This document shows positions 26,967 through 36,120 of a stretch of DNA of 44,406 nucleotides, in pieces (within the stretch, counting starts at the first letter, position 1; the number at the start of each line of letters is the position of its first letter). The notes beneath the pieces were generated by a model. That model made no database searches. It saw nothing but the letters and a program-made list of their open reading frames with translations, and was not told where the DNA came from. Made by a program: the position numbers and the translations under genes. Source of the stretch: a virus (taxonomy: Duplodnaviria; Caudoviricetes); the IMG/VR virus record IMGVR_UViG_3300021408_000010, positions 1 through 44,406 of that record; one strand, given 5' to 3'.

Positions 26967-27821
26967 ATGAAGCAGCAACTTAAGAATCTGACACATGATC
27001 CTTATACGCTAGGCCCCGCGATGTTCATTGCTGGGTTCGGTGTGGGATATGTTGTTCATAATCTCCGCATCAAGAAGATGCTCGCCAACCTCGAGGTCAC
27101 GGAGACATTTGTCGAAGAGACGATCATTGATGTCGAGATCGAGGCCGGCGAAGAGGAATCAGACTTCGACACCAAGGAGTATCTCGCCGCGGGGTTCGCT
27201 CGAGCGATCGAGGAAGCATCTGAGCGTCATCCGTCGAATGCGTCCATCTTCGGAGACGTCGGTACTATCGTCGAACGAACGGAAAAAACTGCTCTCGAGA
27301 AGCTCCAGGTCGATGTTCCGATGGAGGACGTGCAGCGTCTCGTGCTCGTCCCTAAGTCGAATCTTACTGTGGCTGACGATGGTACGCTGACAGTCACTGC
27401 GGATCCCGAGCCGGAGATGACCGGATACGACGACATCGAGTGGGATCAGGAAGTCGAAGAGGAGAACCGTTCCGCGGATGCTCCGTACGTCATCCATCTT
27501 GAGGAGTGGCATTCTAATGAATCTAACTTTAGCCAAGAGGATCTGGTGTATTATGCAGGTGATGACATCCTGTGTGATGCGGCACAGAACACGCCGGTGT
27601 ACAACCCTGGGCCAGTCGTAGGAGACCTGGAGTTCGGACGCGGTTCCGGTAACTCGGAAGTCGTGTTCGTCCGTAACGAGGCTCTACGAGCTGAGTACCA
27701 GATCACTCGAGTCTCCGATAGCTATCAGACCGTCATGTTTGGTATCGAAGCCGAAGAGGCCGCGGAGGCAGAGGATCTTCGGCATTCGGCCCAAATCAGG
27801 CGTTTCCGTTCGGTGGATTAG
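26967..27821 (+). CDS. acidic hypothetical protein with N-terminal TM segment
   Basis: 284 aa; FIAGFGVGY; C-terminal PYVI...L.YY..DDIL.D...VFVRN. Confidence 0.7.
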   Translation: MKQQLKNLTHDPYTLGPAMFIAGFGVGYVVHNLRIKKMLANLEVTETFVEETIIDVEIEAGEEESDFDTKEYLAAGFARAIEEASERHPSNASIFGDVGTIVERTEKTALEKLQVDVPMEDVQRLVLVPKSNLTVADDGTLTVTADPEPEMTGYDDIEWDQEVEEENRSADAPYVIHLEEWHSNESNFSQEDLVYYAGDDILCDAAQNTPVYNPGPVVGDLEFGRGSGNSEVVFVRNEALRAEYQITRVSDSYQTVMFGIEAEEAAEAEDLRHSAQIRRFRSVD

Positions 27822-27823
27822 CC

Positions 27824-28360
27824 ATGGACGAGCCTCTTGAAAACCTATATTTCAATTGGCTCTACACAAGAGTTGCCAACCTTAATGCCCGGACGCCGTC
27901 ATTAACATTTGACTTGTTGTTCAAAACATTACATAATACGGAATTTGTGTGGCTTTTGTCTGGAGACGATAATAGGGTCGAAGATGGGAAAGAGCTTCGT
28001 CGGGAATTCCTCATCGCAGGACATATTCCCGATCAGATGGAGTGGAGGTTGCATTATCCCTGCTCTGTATTCGAAATGCTGATTGCCTTTTCCCGAAGGG
28101 CTGAGAAGAACACGGGAGTTCCCGCGCTAGAGTGGTTCTGGGAGTTCCTCGGTAATTTGAACCTTGCGAATGTTAATGACGCGTTGGGCGCAGAGCCTGA
28201 TGAAATACAAGATACTCTTGAGCTGTTCCTTTGGAGGAATTATCAACCTAACGGCGATGGTGGTCTATTTCCTTTGAAGAACCCGAGCAGTGACCAGAGA
28301 AAAGAGGAGATTTGGCAGCAATTCTGTGATTACCTTGTAGACCAAGAACGCTTACCTTGA
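27824..28360 (+). CDS. conserved hypothetical protein
   Basis: YFNWL...DDNR.EDG..LR..F...CSV.EMLIA...GGLFPL...EIW.Q. Confidence 0.75.
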   Translation: MDEPLENLYFNWLYTRVANLNARTPSLTFDLLFKTLHNTEFVWLLSGDDNRVEDGKELRREFLIAGHIPDQMEWRLHYPCSVFEMLIAFSRRAEKNTGVPALEWFWEFLGNLNLANVNDALGAEPDEIQDTLELFLWRNYQPNGDGGLFPLKNPSSDQRKEEIWQQFCDYLVDQERLP

Positions 28361-28371
28361 GAGGGAGGGCC

Positions 28372-31300
28372 GTGGACTTCTTTAAAATTAGAACTAAGGA
28401 ATCCAAGGGCTTCCTCCAGGCATACCCAGATTGGATCGTCGACAACTATGACGATCTGATGGTACGCGGCGGAGGTTTCTACGCGGTCTGGGATGAGGAA
28501 CGCGGAATCTGGTCCACGAATGAATACGACGTGCAGCGTCTCGTCGATGCGGAATTGACTGCCTACGTTGAGGCGCAGGCTGAGAAAGGGGTTATCGTCG
28601 AACCCCTTCTCACAAGGAACTTCAGTACTGGTAGCTGGGAGAGTTTCAATCGATATGTTCGGAACCTCCCGGATGGGGCTGAATTTCGAGCTCTTGACGA
28701 GACTCTCACCTTCGCTGATACCGAAGTTACTAAGAAGGATTATGTAAGTAAGCGACTCCCTTATTCACTGGAAGCAGGTAAAACTGATGCTTGGGATGAG
28801 CTTGTCGACGTACTATATTCTCCAGTCGAACGAGACAAAATCGAATGGGCAATTGGTGCGATTGTATCAGGAGCTTCTAAGTGGACCCAGAAGTTCTTGG
28901 TTTTCTATGGGCCACCTGGGTCTGGCAAATCGACTATCATTGGTATTATTGAACGATTGTTCGCCGGATACGTTGCTACTTTTGAGGCTAAGGCTCTTAC
29001 TAGTAACAACGGCACTTTTGCCATGGAACCATTCGAGCATAATCCGTTGGTTGCTATTCAGCATGATGGCGATCTATCTCGCATTGAAGACAATACTCGG
29101 CTGAACTCCATTGTCGGGCATGACTCGATGAACATCAACGCGAAGTACAAGTCTTCGTTCACCGTAAGGCCTAACGCGTTCTTGATTATCGGTACCAACA
29201 AGCCGGTGAAGATCACGGACGCTAAGGCTGGTAATACGCGACGACTTATCGATGTTCATCCCACAGGCACTAAAGTATCCCCTACGAGATACCATGTCCT
29301 TGTGGAGAACATCAACTTCGAGCTAGGCGCCATCGCGGAGAAGTGCCTTCGACAGTATCTTGAGATGGGCAAGTTTTACTATGAGAACTATGTCCCAACC
29401 AAGATGATGATGCTGACCGACAGCTTCTACAACTTCATCGAAGCCAACTTCGACATCTTCAAGGATACCGAAGGCGTGCAGATCAAGCGTCTTTGGGAGA
29501 TGTACAAAGAGTACTGCGAAGAGATGAACATCGTCAAACGACTTCAATATCATGAGGTCAGAGACGAACTTCATAGTTACTTCAGGGAGTTTAAGGACCG
29601 TCATTTTATTGGAGAGAAGGAGTATCGGAGTGTTTATCTCGACTTTAAAGGATTGCCTGGTGAAGGTCCTGCGGCGTTCGTGCCGGACACTTCTCATGTT
29701 GTCCAGCTTCTTGATCATCATCCGGTCGATAATCAATCAGCCTTCGACATCGCATACCCCATGCGGCCAGCACAGTATGCTCGACCAGGAGGCGCACCTG
29801 CGAGCAAGTGGGCAAATGTGTCTTCGACGTTGTCCGAGTTGGACACAACCCAACTCCACTACGTGCATGTGCCGGAAGCTCATGTCGTAATCGATTTCGA
29901 CTTGGTCGATGAGGATGGTGAGAAGGACCTTGGGCTGAACATTGCCGCCGCGTCAAAGTTGCCACCTACCTACACAGAGGTGAGCAAGAGCGGGAAAGGC
30001 CTTCATCTCCATTACATCTACCAAGGTGATGTAAGAGAATTGTCCAGCGTGTATGATGTGGGCATCGAAATCAAAACGCTTCTCGGCGATAGCTCTCTAC
30101 GGAGACAGCTGACGAAGTGTAATAATCTAGGAATCACAACTATCAGTGGAGGCCTGCCGAGGAAAGAGAAGCCTATGCTCGATACCAAGAGCGTTAAGTC
30201 GGAGAAGGGCCTTCGGGACCTTATCGATCGTAATCTTCGTAAAGAGATCCATCCCGGCACAAAGCCGTCGATTGATTTTATTCATCATATCTTGGAGGAA
30301 GCTTACGGGTCAGGTGTTCCTTATGACCTTAGTGACTTGCGCCCGATCCTATACGCGTTTGCGGCACGAAGTACTAACCAATCCGCAGCTTGCATCCGAG
30401 TTGTACAGAATTGCAAACTTGCCAGTGAGTCTACAATGGCCGAAGCGGAGCCTGACTCCGGACCAATTGTATTCTTTGACATCGAGGTCTATCCCAATCT
30501 TTTTGTTGTCTGCTGGAAGAAGGCCGAATCCCCTACCGTAGTTAGGATGATAAACCCTACCGCGACGGAAATCGAGCCTCTGCTTAGTCAGAAGCTGGTA
30601 GGGTTCAACAACCGTAGGTACGACAATCACATCCTGTATGCGGCGTATCTTGGTTACACTAATGCCGATCTGTTTGCCTTGAGCCAGAAGCTTATCGACA
30701 AAGATAATCACACATCTATGTTTGGGGAGGCCTATAATCTTTCGTACGCCGACATCTACGATTTCAGCTCAAAGAAGCAGGGGCTTAAGAAGTTCCAGAT
30801 CGAACTGGAGATCTTCCACGTCGAGCTTGATATTCCTTGGGATGAGCCCGTAGATGAAGGACTGTGGGATAAGGTGGTAGAGTATTGCGTTAATGATGTT
30901 ATCTCAACGGAGGCTGTATTCAATGCCCGACGTCAAGATTTCGTTGCTAGGGAGATCCTTTCGGAACTCTCGGGTCTTTCGGTTAATCATACAACTCAGC
31001 AGCATACTGGTCGTATCATATTTGGTGCTGACAAGAATCCACAACGTCACTTTGTTTACACTGATCTGTCTGTTCAGTTTCCGGGCTACCGTTTTGATGC
31101 TGGAAAGAGCGATTATCACGGAGAAAACCCTGGTGAAGGTGGATATGTTTACGCCGAGCCGGGATTCTACGAGAACGTTGCGGTTCTGGACGTGGCGTCT
31201 ATGCATCCGACCAGCATTGAGCAGCTCACTCTCTTCGGAGATTACACCGAGCGCTTCTCTGAGCTTAAGCGGGCTCGGATGGCGATCAAGCATAAGGAAT

Positions 31301-32115
31301 ACGACGCTGCCCGATCTATGCTCGACGGTAAGCTCGCACGATTTATTGGCTCTTCTGAAGGTGACGCTGACGATCTGGCGTACGCGCTCAAGATTATCAT
31401 CAACAGCGTCTACGGACTGACAAGCGCGAAATTCCCGAACCTGTTCAAGGATCCTCGTAATGTCGACAACATCGTCGCCAAGCGCGGTGCCTTGTTCATG
31501 ATCGACTTGAAGAACGCAGTCCAGGACGAATGCGCTCATGTCGTGCACATCAAGACGGACTCGATCAAGATCGCCGATGCTACTCCCGAGATCATCCAGT
31601 TTGTGGTTGACTTTGGGAGGAAGTACGGGTATGACTTCGAGCTCGAGGCGACGTACGACAAGTTCTGTCTAGTCAATGACGCAGTCTACATCGCACGTGA
31701 GGATCCCAAGTGGACGGCTGTGGGTGCGCAGTTCCAGCATCCGTATGTATTCAAGCAGCTGTTCTCGCACGAACCTGTCGAGTTCAATGACCTGTGTGAG
31801 ACCAAGAATGTCGCCCAAGGCCGCATGTATCTTGACATGACGGGCACCGGAGAGATCGAAGACATGCGTCACATCGGAAGGACTGGTAGCTTCATGCCCG
31901 TGCTCCAAGCTGGCGGAACTCTCTGGCGCATCAAGGACGGCAAGAAGTATCTCGTCACAGGAACATCAGGTTTCTCGTGGATCGATAGAGACATGGCGCT
32001 GAACCGTGATCCCATGGGGGACCTGGATACAGACATGGACTACTTCGAGAATCTCAAGAAGGAAGCAGTTCTAGCCATCGAACGTTATGTCACATTCGAG
32101 GACTTTATTGCTTAA
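28372..32115 (+). CDS. SF3 helicase / primase-polymerase / 3'-5' exonuclease / family B DNA polymerase fusion
   Basis: GPPGSGKST and GTNK (SF3); VIDFDL and SKSGKGLHLHY (AEP primase); FFDIEV, GFNNRRYD, YCVND (Exo I-III); DVASMHP, KIIINSVYG, KTDS (PolB). Likely GTG start 28372 after GGGAGGG. Confidence 0.9.
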   Translation: MDFFKIRTKESKGFLQAYPDWIVDNYDDLMVRGGGFYAVWDEERGIWSTNEYDVQRLVDAELTAYVEAQAEKGVIVEPLLTRNFSTGSWESFNRYVRNLPDGAEFRALDETLTFADTEVTKKDYVSKRLPYSLEAGKTDAWDELVDVLYSPVERDKIEWAIGAIVSGASKWTQKFLVFYGPPGSGKSTIIGIIERLFAGYVATFEAKALTSNNGTFAMEPFEHNPLVAIQHDGDLSRIEDNTRLNSIVGHDSMNINAKYKSSFTVRPNAFLIIGTNKPVKITDAKAGNTRRLIDVHPTGTKVSPTRYHVLVENINFELGAIAEKCLRQYLEMGKFYYENYVPTKMMMLTDSFYNFIEANFDIFKDTEGVQIKRLWEMYKEYCEEMNIVKRLQYHEVRDELHSYFREFKDRHFIGEKEYRSVYLDFKGLPGEGPAAFVPDTSHVVQLLDHHPVDNQSAFDIAYPMRPAQYARPGGAPASKWANVSSTLSELDTTQLHYVHVPEAHVVIDFDLVDEDGEKDLGLNIAAASKLPPTYTEVSKSGKGLHLHYIYQGDVRELSSVYDVGIEIKTLLGDSSLRRQLTKCNNLGITTISGGLPRKEKPMLDTKSVKSEKGLRDLIDRNLRKEIHPGTKPSIDFIHHILEEAYGSGVPYDLSDLRPILYAFAARSTNQSAACIRVVQNCKLASESTMAEAEPDSGPIVFFDIEVYPNLFVVCWKKAESPTVVRMINPTATEIEPLLSQKLVGFNNRRYDNHILYAAYLGYTNADLFALSQKLIDKDNHTSMFGEAYNLSYADIYDFSSKKQGLKKFQIELEIFHVELDIPWDEPVDEGLWDKVVEYCVNDVISTEAVFNARRQDFVAREILSELSGLSVNHTTQQHTGRIIFGADKNPQRHFVYTDLSVQFPGYRFDAGKSDYHGENPGEGGYVYAEPGFYENVAVLDVASMHPTSIEQLTLFGDYTERFSELKRARMAIKHKEYDAARSMLDGKLARFIGSSEGDADDLAYALKIIINSVYGLTSAKFPNLFKDPRNVDNIVAKRGALFMIDLKNAVQDECAHVVHIKTDSIKIADATPEIIQFVVDFGRKYGYDFELEATYDKFCLVNDAVYIAREDPKWTAVGAQFQHPYVFKQLFSHEPVEFNDLCETKNVAQGRMYLDMTGTGEIEDMRHIGRTGSFMPVLQAGGTLWRIKDGKKYLVTGTSGFSWIDRDMALNRDPMGDLDTDMDYFENLKKEAVLAIERYVTFEDFIA

Positions 32116-32124
32116 GGAGTATTA

Positions 32125-32403
32125 ATGCCGGAGTATCATCGAATCCTCAAGGTCCCCGTGGAGGAGATTGTGCACGGGGATGTGGTCATCGTGTACGATA
32201 ATCTTCAGTATAATTGGAGGTCGTTTTTCCCAGCAGCTCAGTTGACCAATGTTCGTCGCGAGGAAGTACTCAACCATCACAGAGATCCCGCGGATGGAAC
32301 CATCTACATCGAGACTAATTCGTGCTCGGGTTACGTGGCCGCTAGCGACTTCATTCGCCTTGATTGCCTTATGACTTTCGGGCGAAATGTCAAGCCCGCC
32401 TAA
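32125..32403 (+). CDS. hypothetical protein
   Basis: TAAGGAG RBS; 92 aa. Confidence 0.65.
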   Translation: MPEYHRILKVPVEEIVHGDVVIVYDNLQYNWRSFFPAAQLTNVRREEVLNHHRDPADGTIYIETNSCSGYVAASDFIRLDCLMTFGRNVKPA

Positions 32404-32845
32404 TGGAGGTCCTATTATGCACCAGAGAATTATCAGACGATATCAGAGGATCTATGATGGTTTGCTAATGCGGACGAGTCCTGTCGGCGCCATGAATCAA
32501 GCGCGCCATGCGGGACGTATGAGTCATGATCTGTACGCGGTGGCTCTTCTTCACGGCAAACTCACGGGCAGACTTCTGTTCGATAGTCTTCCTCAGAGGG
32601 TCTGTAATCGAGTAATGAACCGATGGTTCGATCCATACAACAAGGATCTTTCAGAATCAGAGATGTTCAACTGGTTGTGGGATCACGTCATGTTCGATCC
32701 GGATGGAGACATTATCGCGGTTCTCGACCACGGCATAGTCCTTACTAATGATCCGAACTGGTTCAACGATACCGAATGGTTCGGACGGGTGAAGAGACTC
32801 GAATGGACTCGCCGTATGAAGGAGCAGCATGATTCCCGAAGGTAA
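32387..32845 (+). CDS. hypothetical protein
   Basis: 152-aa ORF; the true start may be the MHQR ATG after GGAGG. Confidence 0.6.
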   Translation: MSSPPNGGPIMHQRIIRRYQRIYDGLLMRTSPVGAMNQARHAGRMSHDLYAVALLHGKLTGRLLFDSLPQRVCNRVMNRWFDPYNKDLSESEMFNWLWDHVMFDPDGDIIAVLDHGIVLTNDPNWFNDTEWFGRVKRLEWTRRMKEQHDSRR

Positions 32846-32996
32846 ATACACAGTAACCTTTGTGGATGGTAAGACTCGCACGATCCAGGTCGCCAATCTA
32901 ATCTCAAACCATCTTGGGCAACCCCTCATGTTGGTCGCGGAGGACGGATGGATGTACAACTTCAACACGATCATCGGACTTAAAAGGAAGGCCTAA
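32829..32996 (+). CDS. small protein (55 aa, not in ORF track)
   Basis: AAGGAG RBS; MIPEGKYTVTFVDGKTRTIQV...GLKRKA; fills the gap before 32999. Confidence 0.55.
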   Translation: MIPEGKYTVTFVDGKTRTIQVANLISNHLGQPLMLVAEDGWMYNFNTIIGLKRKA

Positions 32997-32998
32997 CC

Positions 32999-33475
32999 AT
33001 GGCATATAGTGAAGCCAAAACATTCATGGTCGAAAACGCGGATATCATCTTCCGTAATTTCGAGGGTCGGGAAGGACCCATGAATACCAAGGGACAGCGA
33101 AATTTCTGCGTGTTCCTTGATCCGGAAGTCGCTCTCGAGATGATCGAGGATGACTGGAACGTCAAGTACCTTACGGCTCGCGAGGAAGGCGAGGAAGACC
33201 GACCTTACATCCAGGTGTCCGTGGGGTACAAGACCCGGCCCCCGCGTATCGTCCTGATCTCTTCGACCGGTCGTACACACCTGACCGAAGAGAATGTCGA
33301 AATATTGGATGTTGTCGACACGTCCATGGTCGATTTGATCGCCCGTGGATACGACTGGACAGTCAACGGTAAGAGCGGGACGAAGGCATACGTGCAGTCC
33401 ATGTTCGTGACCCTAGAAGAAGATGCTCTCGAGCGTAAGTACGCCGTTATTGAGGAGGCTGATGATGGGGAGTAA
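32999..33475 (+). CDS. putative single-stranded DNA-binding protein
   Basis: IIFRNFEG...RNFCV; beta-rich with an acidic C-terminus (EEADDGE); downstream of the polymerase. Function inferred. Confidence 0.55.
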   Translation: MAYSEAKTFMVENADIIFRNFEGREGPMNTKGQRNFCVFLDPEVALEMIEDDWNVKYLTAREEGEEDRPYIQVSVGYKTRPPRIVLISSTGRTHLTEENVEILDVVDTSMVDLIARGYDWTVNGKSGTKAYVQSMFVTLEEDALERKYAVIEEADDGE

Positions 33476-33716
33476 CAATCCGATGAGTCAGGCGAAGAAG
33501 GCTGAGGTTCGAGAGCTCTTCGAGGACAATCTTCGTGAGCGAGTGGCGGCATGGACACAGGCCTGCTTGGCCGTAGACAAGCTTGTAGCCGAACATGGTG
33601 TCAAGTCCTACGACCTTGGCGGACCACTGAACAGAATCACCCGAGTCACTGAGCTCGATCAGCACATCGACAACATTATCCGAGTGGCCGACTGGCTTCT
33701 CGACAATCCGGAATAA
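33465..33716 (+). CDS. hypothetical protein
   Basis: GAGGAGG RBS; overlaps the upstream stop. Confidence 0.55.
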   Translation: MGSNNPMSQAKKAEVRELFEDNLRERVAAWTQACLAVDKLVAEHGVKSYDLGGPLNRITRVTELDQHIDNIIRVADWLLDNPE

Positions 33717-33864
33717 ATCAATGGTCGATGTGACATTGGTCAGATGTTCTTGTGGTAAGAAAATGATTTATTCTAATGCGTCCACTTCTGACCATACGGG
33801 TATCGTCCATTCTTCTACTTACCAGTGTTATGACCTAGCTGCTTCACTAAGTAAGGGATCCAAA

Positions 33865-34215
33865 ATGGAATTCATCACGCACGTCCGCAAGCCTTTCGTC
33901 GTTCAGGCGATCGAGATCACTGCCGACAACATCGAGGAGATCGCGCGATACGTCGGTGATCTGGAGCACAAGGAAGATGGGACTCCCTACATCCTTGTGG
34001 ACCGTCGCAAGGTCCCGAATGTGGCTCGAGTGTACCCGGGCTTCTTCATGACCAAGATGGGTGAGCACGTCCGCGTGTACTCCCGCAAGATCTTCAGCGA
34101 GCAGTTCATGCTCAAGGACGAGACAGTCCAGCCATGGCTGGACTTCCTGGACGGCAAGAAGACGGACATGGACGGTCCGACTGCCGATGAGCCCGAGGAG
34201 TTCAACCGCCGATGA
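33865..34215 (+). CDS. hypothetical protein
   Basis: AAGGG before MEFITHVRKP; the ORF extends upstream to 33721. Confidence 0.6.
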   Translation: MEFITHVRKPFVVQAIEITADNIEEIARYVGDLEHKEDGTPYILVDRRKVPNVARVYPGFFMTKMGEHVRVYSRKIFSEQFMLKDETVQPWLDFLDGKKTDMDGPTADEPEEFNRR

Positions 34216-34607
34216 TGGAGCCAGAGGATACGGGCAAGGAGTCCCGGGAGCCTATCGATTTCGAGGGGTTCTCGACCCAGAAGGACCTGCCCGTTGGCGA
34301 TTTCCGTGAGCGGCCTATTCGGAGCAACCTTGTCGAAGTCACAGTGGCCTGCCCTGAGTGCCATGGTATGAACCGCCGGGCCAAGCGCGCGTGCGATACC
34401 TGCGATGGCGCAGGGGTCGTGAAGAAGGTCGTCACTCAGGACGAGATCACCGGGGAGGACCCGCTCAACTGTGATAAGTGGGGCGAGGTCGACTTCGGTC
34501 TGGGCCCTGTACTAATTCGATGCACACAGTCGGGCGAGCATGACGAGCATGGTTGCACCGTCATCTTTGAGGAGGATGAGGAGGAACCCGATCCTAATCT
34601 GAACTAA
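34212..34607 (+). CDS. Zn-finger protein (DnaJ-type CxxCxG repeats)
   Basis: CPECHG...CDTCDGAG plus a second Cys/His cluster. Confidence 0.6.
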   Translation: MMEPEDTGKESREPIDFEGFSTQKDLPVGDFRERPIRSNLVEVTVACPECHGMNRRAKRACDTCDGAGVVKKVVTQDEITGEDPLNCDKWGEVDFGLGPVLIRCTQSGEHDEHGCTVIFEEDEEEPDPNLN

Positions 34608-34609
34608 TT

Positions 34610-34635
34610 CGCGAAAAAAACACAGGGTATAATGA
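34610..34635 (+). promoter_or_regulatory. promoter-like motif, copy 5
   Basis: CGC-GAAAAAA-ACA-CAGGG-TATAATGA; heads a non-coding structured tract. Confidence 0.8.
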
Positions 34636-34706
34636 AGGAGAGTGTGTATGCTGGCTAACGCCAGAGACGCGCTAGTTCGCGAACGGCATACTCTTCTTCT
34701 CTTTTC
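34634..34706 (+). ncRNA. candidate three-way-junction small RNA
   Basis: 14-bp closing stem GAAGGAGAGTGTGT/GCATACTCTTCTTC enclosing CTGGC-TAAC-GCCAG and CGCG-CTAGTT-CGCG; pyrimidine tract follows. Confidence 0.55.
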
Positions 34707-34722
34707 TGTTTTGGCCGGTGCC

Positions 34723-34850
34723 ACGGACGGCCCCCGGAACAGAAAATTCTTCAGCATGCTAAGAACCTCCGCCAAGGGATTCTTACTGTCTGCGGGAGTG
34801 GACTAACCCACCTGGGTCCGACTCTGTCAGGCCATTCTGAAGCCAACCGT
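34723..34850 (+). ncRNA. candidate multibranch structured RNA
   Basis: ACGG..GGC/GCC..CCGT closing; ACAG/CTGT, TTCTT/AAGAA, GAGTGGAC/GTCCGACTC and TCAGG/TCTGA helices. Confidence 0.45.
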
Positions 34851-34854
34851 TCTT

Positions 34855-34972
34855 GGGGGTATGCAATGGAGCCATTAAGCGCGGAGTCCCAGCAATGCGT
34901 TTAAACTTCTTGGCTGAGTCTGGTGAGCTCGGCATCCAGGAGAGCCGGTATTCGAAGCCGGGTACCCCCACC
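34855..34972 (+). ncRNA. tRNA-like (non-canonical) RNA
   Basis: 8-bp acceptor-like GGGGGTAT/GTACCCCC then ACC; T-arm CCGGT-ATTCGAA-GCCGG; arm TAAGCGC/GCGTTTA with 14-nt loop; long extra arm TTCTTGG/CCAGGAG. Confidence 0.6.
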
Positions 34973-35006
34973 TTTCCCGATCAACCCTTCAACACAAGGA
35001 ATGCTA

Positions 35007-35231
35007 ATGCAGACTCATTTCACTCTTACTTCCCCTGCCGGGCATTTCATCTTTCCGCTGGGGACAGTCCGAAGCAAGGCCAAGGTTGTTCGTGATGCGG
35101 TGACGGCTGGTAGTCGAGGGGCAATCCCTCATACGCCTCGTCCGCGTCCGGACAACGTCATGACCTGGTTCAAGAATCACGTCGCTGGGCCCGTTTCCGG
35201 CGAGATCACTTTCGAGTGGATCAAGGCTTAG
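35007..35231 (+). CDS. hypothetical protein
   Basis: AAGGA RBS; MQTHFTL...; the upstream part of ORF 34923 overlaps the RNA structure. Confidence 0.6.
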   Translation: MQTHFTLTSPAGHFIFPLGTVRSKAKVVRDAVTAGSRGAIPHTPRPRPDNVMTWFKNHVAGPVSGEITFEWIKA

Positions 35232-35243
35232 GAGGCCTACAAA

Positions 35244-35549
35244 GTGCTTAAGTACGAGATCACCTACGCCGCTGGCGAGGGTGCGCCGAAGACCGAGACC
35301 GTGGAATGCGACTTCGTTCAGCCCCCGGTTGAAGACAATGGTTGTCAGATCCAGTTCTACGTCGCGGCCGCATCAGGCCAGGCGGATCGCTTGGTGAAGC
35401 AGGTCAACCCTTCGGCCATCATCAAGATGGACCTTGTCCAGGGCGTCGAAGCCAAGAACGTCTTCGATCAGGTGTTCGATGGAGAGGATCCCTTGGCCGC
35501 GGAAGCGTTCGGCTTCGATGACAAGCGCGAGCAGCTGAGGAGCGAGTGA
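35244..35549 (+). CDS. hypothetical protein
   Basis: AGGAGG RBS, GTG start, strong codon bias. Confidence 0.7.
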   Translation: MLKYEITYAAGEGAPKTETVECDFVQPPVEDNGCQIQFYVAAASGQADRLVKQVNPSAIIKMDLVQGVEAKNVFDQVFDGEDPLAAEAFGFDDKREQLRSE

Positions 35550-35758
35550 TGGGCAAGCACACGACCAACACCGGAACTGGCGCCAAGCGTTCACGTTCGC
35601 GTCGGGATTCTCTCATGCAGCCGAAGCCTGATCAGTCCAAGTACCTGCGCAGGGCGCATGTGCGTCTCGAGAAGCGGCAGGCGGCGTGGGATGCGCTTCC
35701 GCTGGATAAGAAGCAGAAGACCACTCGTCCTGGTTGCATGAAGATGCGAACCAACTGA
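35546..35758 (+). CDS. small basic protein
   Basis: GAGGAG RBS; K/R-rich, 70 aa. Confidence 0.6.
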   Translation: MMGKHTTNTGTGAKRSRSRRDSLMQPKPDQSKYLRRAHVRLEKRQAAWDALPLDKKQKTTRPGCMKMRTN

Positions 35759-35906
35759 TGGGACGGGGACAGGAAGTAGAGATCCGTACACCTGAGGACC
35801 GCCCCTTCCCTTGGCGACCCCAGGACAACGGTCACATCACTGGTACTCCCACTCCGGAGCCGCCTAAGGATGACGGCATCAGTATCTGGCCGCGATAGGA
35901 GTCCGC

Positions 35907-36116
35907 GTGATTGTTATCGATCTAATCTGGTGGGCGGTGTGGGAGATCACCAAAGCGATTGGTTGGGTTGGGTGGATGATCATTGTTGTTATCCTGAACA
36001 TCATCGTGGGTATCATCAACCTCACCTTCTCGGTCATCTTCTCGCTTATGGGGTTGGACAAGAAGTCCGGCACACTCAAGGGCGTCAAGACCACGGCAAA
36101 AGGTAAGCGAAAGTAA
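35907..36116 (+). CDS. small membrane protein
   Basis: AGGAG RBS, GTG start; long hydrophobic segment and basic tail. Confidence 0.6.
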   Translation: MIVIDLIWWAVWEITKAIGWVGWMIIVVILNIIVGIINLTFSVIFSLMGLDKKSGTLKGVKTTAKGKRK

Positions 36117-36120
36117 GTCT

